Assembly: GCA_963749155.1 (NCBI GenBank)
Contig: CAVVLO010000003.1
Location: forward strand, 576,001 to 640,000
DNA: 64,000 nucleotides
Direction: 5' to 3'
Origin: an uncultured Armatimonadia bacterium
Lineage (GTDB): Bacteria; Armatimonadota; Zipacnadia; CAVVLO01
Part shown: positions 11,301-22,254 of the stretch, one piece after another
Layout of the letters: each line of letters begins with the position of its first letter
Position numbering within the stretch: the stretch's first letter is position 1
Position numbers and translations under genes: made by a program
Notes under the pieces: model-generated
Told to the model about the DNA's origin: nothing
Database searches by the model: none
The model's input: only the letters and a program-made list of their open reading frames with translations

Positions 11301-11646
11301 TGACCCGCAGGATGTGTCGGGCGCCGAGGGCCTGGACCTGAGGCTGTGGGCGCCGGAAGGGCAGCAAAGCCCAGCCCAGTGTTATGTGATGGTGGTCGAC
11401 GCCGCTGGCCACACCTGGGCGACCAGTCTGGAGACGCGGCTCTCCGACTTCGGCGAGTTCCGCGCCCTGGTGCCTTTCTCCAAGCTGACCCCCGCGAGCT
11501 GGGAAGAGCAGGCCAAAGGCCCCCTGGACCTTACGCAGGTGGCTGGGGTCGTAGTTGGCTGGGGCGGGTATTTCGGCAAGGAAGGCGAGCGGCTGGAATA
11601 TACAACCGCCCTGCCTGCCTTGTTCTCGATTGAGGGACTGGACTAG
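8356..11646 (+). CDS. Secreted multidomain glycoside hydrolase (GH2-type sugar-binding N-terminus, GH106-like catalytic region, C-terminal CBM-like domain)
   Basis: Signal peptide; LNGQWRFQTD..YDGIAWYR..VDDWDKVWFNG; WLYDELGYPSGTAGG and FTDEP motifs; DIAVLYP trimerisation-like region. Confidence 0.7.
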   Translation: MRTSLLAFILLLVSATGLVAAPLPAEFANLNGQWRFQTDPYEVGESEGWQAPGYDDSTWRQLKAPGLWEPLGITDPRPGQAPIPVGVMGYSDYDGIAWYRSSFELPADWEGNPLLFTLGKVDDWDKVWFNGVYLGGLADESTTVPSQTVRVYEVPDSAARYGATNVLAVQVKDGGGPGGITGPFITLLPKSLMEAKAMYSSPEASLRDRFLNPPSENRILPIWHGAAYRDDADGVLQELLAQGFGGIATNVPFDEATYLRNPAHWANLKAILEAGKAAGLTFWLYDELGYPSGTAGGLTMENNPEWQCAALLVSEADTSGESVALAVPPGQLVLAAAYPTKEGNLDLAGQVDLSTQIVDDKLNWTPPAGDWHIVLIGNDYIHEGAHVSVALGDKLRKYVNLLMAEPTEKFCEVTHEAYAANLGDDLSKYFVSTFTDEPSLQTLWFKTMPYKPLPWSPGFSAEFQSRRGYALEPLLPLLVAGSGSQADKTRYDYWTTVGELVSENYFGVIEEVCEAHNIKSGGHLLLEEPMAYHVPLYGDFFRCIRRLSAPSIDCLTSIPDQVPWNIARLLSSAAELNGDRETMCEQSDHVQRYRPEGDTRPIYQVSLEEIRGSINRLMLGGIHVITSYYNFEAFSTTELRELNKYVGRGSTLLKGGHQVTDIAVLYPSDSLCASFVPSYNWTDDAQKTKSIEQMYWNISDGLFRVCRDFIYVDAQALEDATVAPGKLVHGDLEWQVVVLPKTDTLPIAAWRKLADFWRAGGLVVAAGALPQSSESEFPSAEVQALAKELFTDTSGPAVTKSAAGGAALWLPQGQEFLLPLFLDALLEPDVRPLGEKTPIRTTHRRVGGQDVYMLANDSGEAWVGSVEVAGKGPGVLWEPLTGNFKPVEGGAPVELALGAYDTAFVTFEEVAPRKRLAGQVGQEAVRIIPLPDVKPDWGKGEYVEAELTADEAHSTTDRPAWKYVGTLTKSDTDTFLFAAFRFDPQDVSGAEGLDLRLWAPEGQQSPAQCYVMVVDAAGHTWATSLETRLSDFGEFRALVPFSKLTPASWEEQAKGPLDLTQVAGVVVGWGGYFGKEGERLEYTTALPALFSIEGLD

Positions 11647-12780
11647 CTGGCGCCATGATGGCGCGCCAGTTCGATAAAACGCTGCACTCTGGCAAGCGGG
11701 GTATCGGGCGTTATGGGGCTTGCGGGGCTTATGAAGAAGCCTCGCGCCTTGCGTCCGGCCTCGCATTGGGCAGCGACCAGGCGTTCTAGTTCGGAATCGG
11801 TCACTAGCTCCAGCTCTGTGTGGGGATTGAGATTACCGAAAAGGCTGACTCTGTCGCCGATTGCTTCTGCGATAGCACCGATATCGTTGGTGTAGCCCTT
11901 CATACTGGCCTCGACCAGTATGGCGTCAGGCGCGATGCCTGCGATGAGGTCGAGGCGGTCCATAACTCCGCCCCAATACATTATGATGGTCTTTAATCCC
12001 AGCCGGCGCGCTTCGTCAACCACAGCTTTCGTCGTCGGCGCGCAGAAGCGCTCGAACTGGCGAGGGCTAATCATATCGCTTGTGGCGCCCGACTCATCGA
12101 TGGTGATTGCATCCACGCCCATCGCGGCGAACTGGCGCACCGCCTCGAGATTCTGCTCGGTCAGTTTCCAGACCAGATAATCGTAAAACTCCGGCTCTTC
12201 GGCGATTGCAGCGTAGGCGTTGGCCATACCAAGCCAGCCGGTGCTAGTTCCAGAGGGCCCCGTTCACGCCCAGGCCACAGAGGAACTCCCTGTCCCCCAC
12301 TCTGTCCTTTACCGCCTGGATATAATCGCCCGAGCCGGCCTCAAGCGCCACTTCCGCGGGAGTGACGGTGACGTGTTCGTCCACATCAGACTTATCGCGC
12401 AGGTGACGCGTCTCGTTGGCAAGGCAGGTGGTGTCGATGGGCTGACCGTTGCTCCACACGGCTTGCCAGTCGCCCTCGGAACCGTCCCGACGCAACAGGG
12501 AATCGCCTTCCCAGCGCCACTGGCAGCGCTCTCGCCACTCTCGGGGAGGCGCCCAGTCGGGCTGCAGCACCTCGAAGGGGGCTCTGGCCATCATCGTCAG
12601 ATACACGTCCGCGTATTCCTCAGGAGAAGCACAGCCAATCCGGTACTGCTCCCCGGCGGGAAGGCCTGAGAGTTCGGCGAAATGGTCGCGCCTGAAGAGG
12701 CACTCGTAGAGGGCGGCCACCGGAAACCTGTCCACTGGCCGCCCCTCGAAGGTTGCGAATACACGCTCTCGGTTGGTCAT
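11643..12780 (-). CDS. UroD/MtaA-family protein; frameshift near 12245
   Basis: MTNRERV..GRPVDRFPV N-terminus; DMISPRQFERFCAP, LFGNLNP, GFFISPASPITPDTP C-terminus. Confidence 0.72.
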
Positions 12781-12787
12781 TGCATCC

Positions 12788-13937
12788 TCAGCTTGCTGGC
12801 CACCTGGTCGCCGCATCGGCCATCAACTGGCTGATGGGCAGCTTGTTGGGGCATTTGCTTTCACATTCGCCACAGGCGGTGCAGACGCTCGGGTCGAAAC
12901 CTTCCGGGCTGGAAGCCCACCGAGCCGCGAGGTCTTCCAGGGCCTCTTCGACCTGGCTTGGCACCAGCAGATTGCTGTAGGCCTCAAGCACCTGCGGGAT
13001 AAGGATGCCCTGGGGGCACTCTCCGCAGTAGCCGCAGGCCGTGCAGAAGTGCTGCACGCTGGCGTACAGCTCGTGGATGCGCTCGTGCAGGGCCTCGGCC
13101 ACCTCGTGGCTGATATTGCCTTTCTCCACCGCCATCGCATTTTCGACCGCCTGGTCGGCGAAGGTGATGCCAGCCAGCGCTGTATGCACGCCGGGGTAGC
13201 TGATGAGATAGCGCAAGGCCGCTTCCACCGGAGTGTCGAAGCCAAGCCCCTGCACGGTGTTCTTAAGCGCGACCGACTTGCTGGCCATCGCGCCGCCAGC
13301 CAGGGGATTCATCGCGATAACGCCGATGCCGTGTTCTGCGCAGTACGGCAACCGCCTTCGCCCTGCTGGTGTCGCGCAGGTGGAAGGGGAGCGTCACGAC
13401 CTCGAAGGGGAACTCCTCCAGATAGCGGATCAGCCCGTCGGCGTCCATATGGCTGGTGATGCCGATATGGTCGAACAGGCCCTCGTCGCGCGCCTTGACG
13501 ATGCCCTCCAGAAAGCCGCCCGGCTTCATCGCCTCTTCAAAGGCGATGTCGGCATGGATGGCCCAGAGGTGATAACAGTCGAGATGGTCGACCTTCAGCA
13601 GGCCCATCGAGCGCTCTACCTGGCGCCTCGCTTCGTCCGCTGTGCGGATGCCGAAGCCAATGACTGGATTATATTCGCCGATACCGTCTCCCCCGTTGCC
13701 GGGACTTGATTTCGCCGTGATGATAAGCTTGCTGCGGTCTTCACCTTCGAGGCCGCCGGCCAGGAAGGACTCCGCCGTGCCGCCCCCATAGCCGGGCGCG
13801 ACGTCGAAATAGTTGACTCCAAGCTTGATTGCCTGCTTGACCGCCGCGGCAGCCGAATCGGGGTCAGCGAACCTCATACACCCGAAGCTGAGCGTCGAAA
13901 CATCCCAGCCGGGCCTCTCCATATGTCTATATTCCAT
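12788..13937 (-). CDS. Aldo/keto reductase with C-terminal 4Fe-4S dicluster; frameshift near 13350
   Basis: LSFGCMRF, GVNYFDVAPGY, DHIGITSH, IAMNPLAGG, CTACGYCGECP and CTACGECESKCP. Confidence 0.85.
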
Positions 13938-13967
13938 CCTGTTTCCTCCAGGGTTAATTTGGCTTGG

Positions 13968-15008
13968 TTACTTGCCGCGCGCTTTGGCGGCGCCGTAGTC
14001 GAAGCACTCCTCGAACAGCGCGCGCAGGCTTGCGGTGGTGCAGTCGGCATGGACGGCGTTGCCCGCGGTCAGCATAAACCGGCCCTCAGGGCGCCAGTAG
14101 GTATCTATCAGGAAGCGCGCCTCGCGCCGCACGTCCTCGACCGTGCCCCACGGGATGGCCTGCTGCACGTCGAAGCCCGCCCAGATGGTCAACTTGTCGC
14201 CCCACCTGGACGCGACCTCGGCTTCATCCATTGTATACTTTTGGATGGGATGGATGACGTCCAGGCCGATCTCGACGAAGTCCGGGAGGAATTCCATCAC
14301 ATCGCCGCAGGTATGCAGCCAGAAGTGCATCCCCAGCTCATGGGCCTTGGCAATTAATTCGGCGTAATAGGGCTTGTAGAACTCTCTGAAGAGCGCCGGC
14401 GAGAAGAAAGCGCCTTTCTGGGTACCGATATCATCGCTCGTAAAGATGCCATCGAGGTCGCCCTCGGCCTTGGCGCGTTCCATCATCCGCAGGTAGAAGT
14501 CGGTCAGCGCGCGGAAGAGCCGATGGACGCTCTCCGGATCGGTGTAGTAGTCGGTCAGGGCGTTCGTCATACCGCGCAGTGACCAGTGCCGCTCGAAGAA
14601 GCAGAACCACCAGTGGCCCAGCCGATAACGCCCATCGGCCTCAGGCGCCCAGGCAAGCAGATTGGGGTATTCTGGCGAGGGGAAGTCCGCGAGCACCTCG
14701 TCCAGTTGAGTCCAGTCGGTGATGGCAACCTGAGAATCTATACCGGCGCTTGACTGCTGCGGCGCATCGAAACATACCCAGCGATAGCTGGGATCATCCT
14801 CGGGCGCCTCGAAGATGGCTGGCATCCGCAACCCAACGAGCTGGACGTCCTGCGGATACTCGGCAAGCAGCGCCTCGACCTCGGCCTGGCGCTCTCCGAA
14901 GTGAGGGGGATGGACCCAGAAGTGCAGCAGCACGGGGACGCGGTCGGCCGCGCCGGTGCCGTTGATGACCGAGATGACCGCCTCTCTGGACAGTGGTTCG
15001 TAACGCAT
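13968..15008 (-). CDS. UroD/MtaA-family protein
   Basis: FFERHWSLRGM, SDDIGTQKG..SPALFREFYKPYY, LHTCG, GLDVIHPIQ, WAGFDVQ. Confidence 0.8.
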   Translation of the reverse strand: MRYEPLSREAVISVINGTGAADRVPVLLHFWVHPPHFGERQAEVEALLAEYPQDVQLVGLRMPAIFEAPEDDPSYRWVCFDAPQQSSAGIDSQVAITDWTQLDEVLADFPSPEYPNLLAWAPEADGRYRLGHWWFCFFERHWSLRGMTNALTDYYTDPESVHRLFRALTDFYLRMMERAKAEGDLDGIFTSDDIGTQKGAFFSPALFREFYKPYYAELIAKAHELGMHFWLHTCGDVMEFLPDFVEIGLDVIHPIQKYTMDEAEVASRWGDKLTIWAGFDVQQAIPWGTVEDVRREARFLIDTYWRPEGRFMLTAGNAVHADCTTASLRALFEECFDYGAAKARGK

Positions 15009-15035
15009 TATGACCTCCGAAGCCCCTTCTGGGGG

Positions 15036-17019
15036 TCAGTATTTGAGCACAAGAGTGGCATAGGGCGCAAGGGCGACCTCACCCTCGTAGCGCTTGCCGG
15101 ATAGTAAATCGGTCGCGGGTCTGGGCAAGGTAACGCTCCCTGGCTTGCCTTCGAGTTCCAGCACCACGGCGCCCTGACCGCCCTCTCCAGCGCGCGGGAT
15201 TGCCAATACTGACTCTGAGGCCTGCCACTCGCGTTCGATGCCCGGCCTCGGTAAAAAGTCCTTCCAGGAAAGGCAGCAGTTGCTCGGGTTTCGGCAGGGT
15301 CGCCATCACGATGACCTGCCCCTTCCCCATCTGGGCGCGCGTGATAGCGGCCTTGCCCTCGTTCGGCCAGGCGGTGTAAGTGGCCAGCACCTCGGCCCCG
15401 CGCGACTCCAGCGCGTCCTGCCAGAGGGAGCCTTCTCCCTCCGTCCCATCCGCCCAGCGGAGTCGGCAGCGGCTTCGGCTCGATGGGGCACTCGTGCGCG
15501 CGGAAGACCTGCCCCCATTCCTCGAGGCTGCCGTAGGGGCCACTCCGGAGCTTGGCGCCTTCGCAGGTCCCGGATGTCGGTAAAGGGGGTGGCGATCCAG
15601 GTGCCGCCGGCCTCGATCCAGGCGGCCAGCCGCTCCCTTAGGCCCTCTTCATCGAGCGCCGGCAGGAAGGGCGAGATGACCACCGAGTAGTCAGCCAGGT
15701 CAGCCGCCGGGTCCACCACGTCGGCGCGCCAGTTGCGCTCGAAAAGGCCTCGGTAAAGGCCAGCGAGCAGGGCTTCCAGATAATTGAAGCCATAGGTCAG
15801 GGGCTGGTGCTCGAAGAAATGCCAGGCCCAGGTCGAGAAATGGACAGCGAGTTTGGGCTTCACAGGGCGAGTGCCTGTGATGAAGTCGCGGCAGGTCTCG
15901 AAGCCCGCGCCCAGCTCCTGCACCTCTCCAAAAGCATAGGTCGGACGGCCAAAACTGTCTACGACCGAGCCATGCATAAGCTCATGACCCGCCCAGTGGA
16001 CGCGCCAAAGCCAGTAGAGATTAGCCTCTCCGCCCATCGCGAGAGGAAGCCAGCTATTCACGCGGCAGAAACCTGGCTCCTTGTAGCCAGTCGTGGTCAG
16101 CCCGCCGGCCCAGGTAGCCTGGGTCTCGGTGTTCCAGAAGGGGGCGTCTTTGATGGGGCGGACATAGTCCATCCAGAAGACCTGCCGCCAGAGGCTCTCC
16201 TTCACGTCGTAGTGGTTGTACTGCACCAGGTCGAGTTTGCGGTGCATCTTGTAATAGGACAGGCCCGCAAAGGGCATCATATCGGTGCCGATGGGCTGCG
16301 TGGTCAGCGGGCCGCAAGGTATCCACCTGATGCTCGCAGAACTCGACGTAGGAGTCCGACTGGAAGAGCATCCAGGCGAGTTTGAGCGAGGGGTGGTGCC
16401 AGACGTTGCTGGTCGGGTGCGGCACCTGACCGAAGGCCTGATAGGTCTGGCTCCAGAGGTCCAGATCCCAGGCGGCGTTGAGAGCTTCGATGGCGCCGAA
16501 CTGGGCCCTCAGCCGGTCCTGGAACTTGCGCAGGCAGACAGGGCAGCAGCAACCAAAGGGCGCGTTGTAATAAAGCTCATTGTCGATCTGCCAGCCGATG
16601 ACGCGCTCATCCTGGCCGAACTCTTCAGCCATACGCGTAGCTATGCGCGCCGAGTGGTCGCGATAGACGGGGCTGTTGGGACACCCGTGCCGGCGGCCTC
16701 CATGACCGATTGGGCGGCCCTCTTCACCGACCGAGAGTATCTCCGGATAGCGCTCCGAGAGCCAGGCAGGCGGGGTGCAGGTGGGGGTGCCCATAACAGT
16801 TGCGATGCCGGCAGCTCCCAGCTTGTCGACCACCAGGTGCAGCCAGTCGAAGTCATACTGGCCCTCCTGAGGTTCCATCCGGCTCCAGGCGAACTCGCCG
16901 ATGCGCATCACATTGCAGCGAGCGCGCTTCATAAGCTCGATATCTTCGTCAATCAGTTCGAGGGGCCAATCCTCGGGATAATACGCAGCGCCCAGATAGG
17001 GCGGTTTGAAGGCGGACAT
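15036..17019 (-). CDS. Beta-galactosidase, GH42; several frameshifts (about 16310, 15575 and 15240-15190)
   Basis: GAAYYPEDWP, RIGEFAWSRMEP, GTPTCTPPAWL, WQIDNE, CCCPVC, FWNTETQ, YWLWR..GHE; C-terminal ..PYATLVLKY-stop at 15036. Confidence 0.85.
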
Positions 17020-17120
17020 AGGGTTCCCTCCATCGGTTAAGTGAGTCGTGGTCAGTTCGCCGCAGGGAAGCCACCCCCTGCCTCGAACATCCCTCCTGAG
17101 AGCAAACAAGGGGAGGCAGA

Positions 17121-17951
17121 TTGCGAGTGCAGAAGGACAACCAGACCGTCCGCGACCACCTTTGGCTGTGGGCGCACGATGCGCAGTTTTATGGTGAGGG
17201 CGCCGGCCTGCCCGGCATCGCCCATATCACGCCCCTCGAGGGCGCCTGCTATATGGGTATCCCGAACGTGATGTTCATCAGGTATTACGACAAGCCAGAG
17301 CCCCCCTTCGCCCAATACACAGTGCCCTTCAAGGCGCTGCGGAGCTTCGAGTGGTCGCTTTTCAACAACATCAACCAGCCCCATACGCTTGGCGCCGAGC
17401 AGGAAGAAGTCTACAAGCTGGCAGCTTTGAGGCCGAATATGACAGGCGTCGTAATGGATGATTTCGTAATCGCGACGGACGATGGCGCGCTGAAGCTGAC
17501 CCTCTCGCCCGAGCAGCTTGCCGAAGCGAAGCGACGTCTTGAGAACATCGAAGGCCGCAAGCTGGACCTCTCGGTGGTCGTATATGCTCATCAGCTTGGG
17601 CTGCCGCTGACCGAGCCGCTTGCCGACTCGGACGTTATCCTCTTCTGGACCTGGTATCCGGCGGAGCTACCGGCGCTTGCAGAGAATCTCTCGCGCGTGG
17701 AGGCCCTCTTCCCAGGCAAGCGGATCAAACTCGGCTGCTATATGTGGGACTTCAGCGCAGGCAAACCGATGCCGCTGACCCTGCTTCAGCAGCAGTGCGC
17801 CTCGGCGCTGGACTGGCTGCGCGCGGGACGCCTCGAAGGCATCATCTTCCTGGGCAGTAATATCTGCGACCTCGAACTGGAAGCCGTCGAGTGGACACGC
17901 AAGTGGATTTCCGAGGTCGGCGACCTGCCTCTTTCAGCTTCAGAGGAGTGA
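17121..17951 (+). CDS. Hypothetical protein (possible TIM-barrel/GH-like)
   Basis: 276-aa ORF with GGGAGG SD and TTG start; LWLWAH, GVVMDDF, LGCYMWD motifs. Confidence 0.65.
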   Translation: MRVQKDNQTVRDHLWLWAHDAQFYGEGAGLPGIAHITPLEGACYMGIPNVMFIRYYDKPEPPFAQYTVPFKALRSFEWSLFNNINQPHTLGAEQEEVYKLAALRPNMTGVVMDDFVIATDDGALKLTLSPEQLAEAKRRLENIEGRKLDLSVVVYAHQLGLPLTEPLADSDVILFWTWYPAELPALAENLSRVEALFPGKRIKLGCYMWDFSAGKPMPLTLLQQQCASALDWLRAGRLEGIIFLGSNICDLELEAVEWTRKWISEVGDLPLSASEE

Positions 17952-17958
17952 CCAACCG

Positions 17959-18879
17959 GTGAGGGACTTGCTATGGCACGGTGGATTGTTGGCGGGACTT
18001 GCGGTAATGGGCTATGCGCTGGCATCGGTGGCCCTGGCAGGCGGAGCCCCTTTGCAGACCCAAATTGAAGCGCCGCCTGACAGCTTTGTGCTGTGGCAAC
18101 TACCGGAGCAGACGCCCTCCCAGATGATGAGCTATGTGCTGGTGACCAAACACAAGCAGGTCATCGTGATTGATGGCGGTAGAGAAGGCGATGCGCCCTA
18201 CCTGCGCGGCTTCCTGAAAGCGCTGGGCAACAAAGTCGAAGCCTGGGTTATGACTCACCCTCATGCCGACCATTATGGCGCGCTGAAGGTCATCGCCTCC
18301 GACCCCGAGGGGCTGGTTATCAATCAGCTCTATGGCACCTTCCCCGACCCCGACTGGTACGCGAAATACGGCGACGACCAGGCAGGCGTGCCACTTTTCC
18401 TCGAAGCTATCAAACAGGCAGGCCTGGTGATGGAACCGCTCATCCCAGGGCAGGTAGCAGTGCTGGACGGGGTGCGCTTCGAAGTGCTGGCGACCATCAA
18501 TCCCGAGCTGACGGTGAATCCCATAAACAACCAGTCGCTCGTGATGCGCGTCGAGGACGACTACAAGTCTATCCTGTTCACTGGCGATGCCGGCGCGGAG
18601 GAAAGCGAGAAGCTTCTGGCTGGGCCCTATGCCGACCGACTGGCCTGTGATTATGTCCAGATGGCCCATCATGGCCAGCAGGGGGCGACAGAGGCCTTCT
18701 ATCGCAAAGTGAACGCCCGTTGGGCACTCTGGCCAACGCCGAAATGGCTGTGGGACAACGATACCGGCGGGGGCAAAGGCTCTGGCCCGTGGAAGACGCT
18801 TGAGACCCGCGCGTGGATGGAACAACTTGGCATTGAACGCAATATCACCACCTGGGAGGGCCTGGCGGTCATCCGCTGA
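17959..18879 (+). CDS. Secreted metallo-beta-lactamase-fold hydrolase (ComEC/Rec2-like MBL domain)
   Basis: Signal peptide; VIDGG, THPHADHY, NNQSLV, LFTGDA, MAHHG. Confidence 0.8.
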   Translation: MRDLLWHGGLLAGLAVMGYALASVALAGGAPLQTQIEAPPDSFVLWQLPEQTPSQMMSYVLVTKHKQVIVIDGGREGDAPYLRGFLKALGNKVEAWVMTHPHADHYGALKVIASDPEGLVINQLYGTFPDPDWYAKYGDDQAGVPLFLEAIKQAGLVMEPLIPGQVAVLDGVRFEVLATINPELTVNPINNQSLVMRVEDDYKSILFTGDAGAEESEKLLAGPYADRLACDYVQMAHHGQQGATEAFYRKVNARWALWPTPKWLWDNDTGGGKGSGPWKTLETRAWMEQLGIERNITTWEGLAVIR

Positions 18880-18900
18880 GGCCGACTGGAGGGATACCTG

Positions 18901-21900
18901 ATGTTTGAACGCTGCGTTGTACTTGGACTTCTCCTGGCGCTGTCCGTGGGCTGCCACGCCGCGCTGATGCCTGGCGACCCTGACCGCATCGCTCAGGCCT
19001 GGGAGTTCAACGGGGCCGAGGCCGAGGGGTGGAAGGTCACGAACAACCTGGCAGATCTCGTGGTCGCTGAGGGCGTCCTGACCACTCAGGCGACGGGGCC
19101 AGATTCCAATATGGCGGTTTCGGACCTGGCTTTGCCTTGCGCGGAACTGACTCACCTTGTCCTCAGGATGAAGTCGGATGCGCCCGGCTCGACGCAGGTC
19201 TATTTCGCGACCTCGGCAAGCAGCGACCCGGCCGCCAACAGCGTACCGTCCTTCGGGATGCGCGCCGATAACGAGTGGCACGAGTACGAGGTGGCGCTGG
19301 CAGGGCTGAAGGGCTTCTCTGGAAATCTTGGCTATCTGCGTATCGACCCGGTCAACGGCAGCGAGTCGGCCCATATCGGCATCGACTATATACGACTGGT
19401 CGAGAAAGCCCCCCGCGTGGGACTTATCCGGTTTGCGCCCGATAAAGTCTGGACTGAGCCAGGCGCGACCGTAAAGCTGACACTTGAGCTGTCCGCCCTC
19501 GGCGGCGCGCCCTTGCCCGAACTTGTGGCAGAGCTTTCAGGGGTTGCCGGTAGCCTCCCGGTCATCCGAGATGACCGAGCCCACCGTTATATCGCAACCT
19601 GGGAAGTCAAGGCCCCTCCAGCCCCTGGCGCCAAGTGGCGCGTGGAGGTTAAAACTGGCGACAAGCTGCTGCTCGTTGCCGAGACCTGTGCGCTTTCGGT
19701 CGACAAATCGAGCCTGCCAGCCCCCTCTGGGCGGCTGCGCGTGGCCGAGGAGAACGGCTGGCTGGTTGTCGAGACGCCCGGAACCCAGCTTGCCGCGCCC
19801 CAGATGGGCAATGGCTATTGCCTTGGGGTGTTGCGCGGGCGGTTGCCGGATGGCAGTTGGGCCATCGCAGGCGTCTGCTCTCCGCTTGCAACGGTAGCTT
19901 ATCAGTTGGGCGGTGTCTTGAACTGGGTCACGCCCAATTTGAGCGTCCAGAGCCTGAGCGATGCGTCCGTCACACTTAATACCACCAGCAGCCCCTGGCG
20001 CGCAAATCTCGAACTGCGCCCCATCGCGGAGCCTTCTCGCATCGCCTGCACGACGAGGCTTGGGGCGCTTTCGGATATTAAGGTGGCGCGCCTGGGCGGA
20101 CCGACACTGCTGGCGGGCGAGGGCAGCTTTGGCGAGCAGAAGACGACAGCTCTCTTGCCCGGCATCGAGTGGCTTGAAGGCAAGCAGCGCTCCTCCGATG
20201 TGACTGTGGTAGGCGAGGGAGTCGGCTACCGGCCTATCCCCGCTCCCTTCCAGCTAACTGTCCCGCTGGTCGCGGTTGAGGCCGACGGGCTGCTGACCGG
20301 CCTGATGTGGGCGCCCTTGCAAGACTGGGGCGGCGAGGGGATGCCAATGGCAGAATTCGCCTCGCCCAACTTCCTCGATGGGCAAGCCAACCAGCTTTGC
20401 TCCGCTTTTGTACCTGGCTGGCCGGCATATGCCGCGCCCAACCAGCGCTCCGCCGCGACGCTTCTCGAATTGGCGACTGGAGAGGCGCTTTCCTTCGAGA
20501 CCCAGCTCTACGCGATTGGCGGCAAGACAACCAATGATGCGGTGCCGCTCTGGTATTCCGCCTATGGCCAGCCCGAACCGCCGACCCTCGTGCGGCCGCT
20601 GGTGGACTATGTGGGAATAATCGGCCAGTGCTGGGGCCAGACCTGTTACTTCCCCGAGCTGGACAAGTTCGTAAACCACTGGCGGGTTGGTCAGACGCCT
20701 TTCGAGGCGCCAGGCCTCAAGGCGCAAATCTACGCCACCTATCTCTGGACGGGCGATGACCGCTGGATTACCAAGGTCGGACTGAAGCCCGGCGCTGACC
20801 TCTTCAGCCTGACAGGAGACATCGCCTCGGACTTCGGGCTTGGGGAAGTCCCTGCCCAGATCGCCTCTCAGGAGGCCGATGGCAGTTGGCTCTATCACGT
20901 TACTGACGACGTTAAAAAGCGCTCAGAGGAGTTCACCGGCGGCAAGCGTCACGATTTGGGCGAGGAAGGCACTTCCTCCTCAGGCTTGATAGCGACCAAC
21001 GCGGTCGGAGTGATCGCCCACGCGCTTGCGACGGGCAACCCGGTCAGCGTCGAGGCCAGCCTGAAGGCGCTCGAAGCCATCAGGCGGTACAAGGTGCCCG
21101 GCCGGCTCGCAGACCTGGGAAGTGCACAAGGATACCCCGGATATCTATGGCGCAGCCTTGCTGACTGACTGTTTCCGGATGGGCTATGAATTGACAGGCG
21201 ACAAGAGCTACCTCGACGATGCCGTCTACTGGGCGCGGACAGGGTTGCCCTTCCTCTACAGCTACCAGGTGCCTGGCACCAGTATAAAAGGCGCAACCTG
21301 CGTTATCCCGGGCGACTCGCTGACCGAGGGGCCTGACCCGCTGGAAGGCGCGCATACCTCTGATATCGCCTTCGAGAATCCCGACCGCGAGCTTACCCCC
21401 TATGGGAGCATCCCGGTCTTCGGCACGTCCTTCTACGTGGTCAACTGGATGGGCAACCTGGTGCAGTGGTGCGGGCTGGTATGGGTCAGCAGCGCGCAGA
21501 GCCTGCTGCGCCATGTGGATGACCCCCTCCTCGAGAAAGCCGCCTGGGGCACGCTGGTCTCAGGCTGCCATCAGACCTTCGACAAGGAGCCTCTCGTCGG
21601 CCTGTTGCCCGACACCTGGCATCTGGGCAGCAACACCGCCTATCCGGCGCTTATCTCGGTGGCCCGACTGGAAGATCCGGTGCTCTCGGCGCTTGGGCTG
21701 AAGTACCCCCAGAATACCCAACTGGTGGTGCTGAGGGCTGAAGGAGTAGCCCCAGTGCGTCTGGCGACCCAGGGGGCCCAGAGCGATGCGCTGCTGACCG
21801 CCACAGGGCTTGCCTGGAGCCAGAAATATCCCGCGGGCGCCGAGTGCGAGGCGGCTCTGCTTGGAGTTGCGGCCGTGACCAGTGTGAAAGTGGACGGCCA

Positions 21901-22027
21901 GGCGCTACCTCAGGCGGAGGCGCTACCGCTTACGGGGCCTTCCTGGTATCTCGACGCCTCAACGAAGCGCCTCTTCATCAGGCTGAGGCACCTCACCGAG
22001 GAAGTGAGAGTGGAAGTTGGGTGGTGA
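18901..22027 (+). CDS. Large secreted hypothetical protein (CBM-like N-terminus, helical-barrel-like C-terminus); frameshift near 21100
   Basis: ORFs 18901-21168 and 21122-22027 join; signal peptide; WHEYEVAL..LRIDP; GYELTGDKSYLDDAVYWA. Confidence 0.65.
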
Positions 22028-22254
22028 TTTGGCAGAAGGGGCGCCTGCCCAGCGAAGGTCACAAAACGATAAATTATTATGCAACAGAGATGCAATTCTT
22101 GTTTGAAGGGGTTGCGGGAAACTAGAATAGTGGTAGGCTGTATTTGGGTGTGAAGCGCGCTTCGGGTAACGACCACCAAAGGAGGGAAGCAAGGCGCAAG
22201 GCACCCGCGAGACTCAAAGGGTTTCATGCAGCATCAATCTGAAGGACTGGAGTG

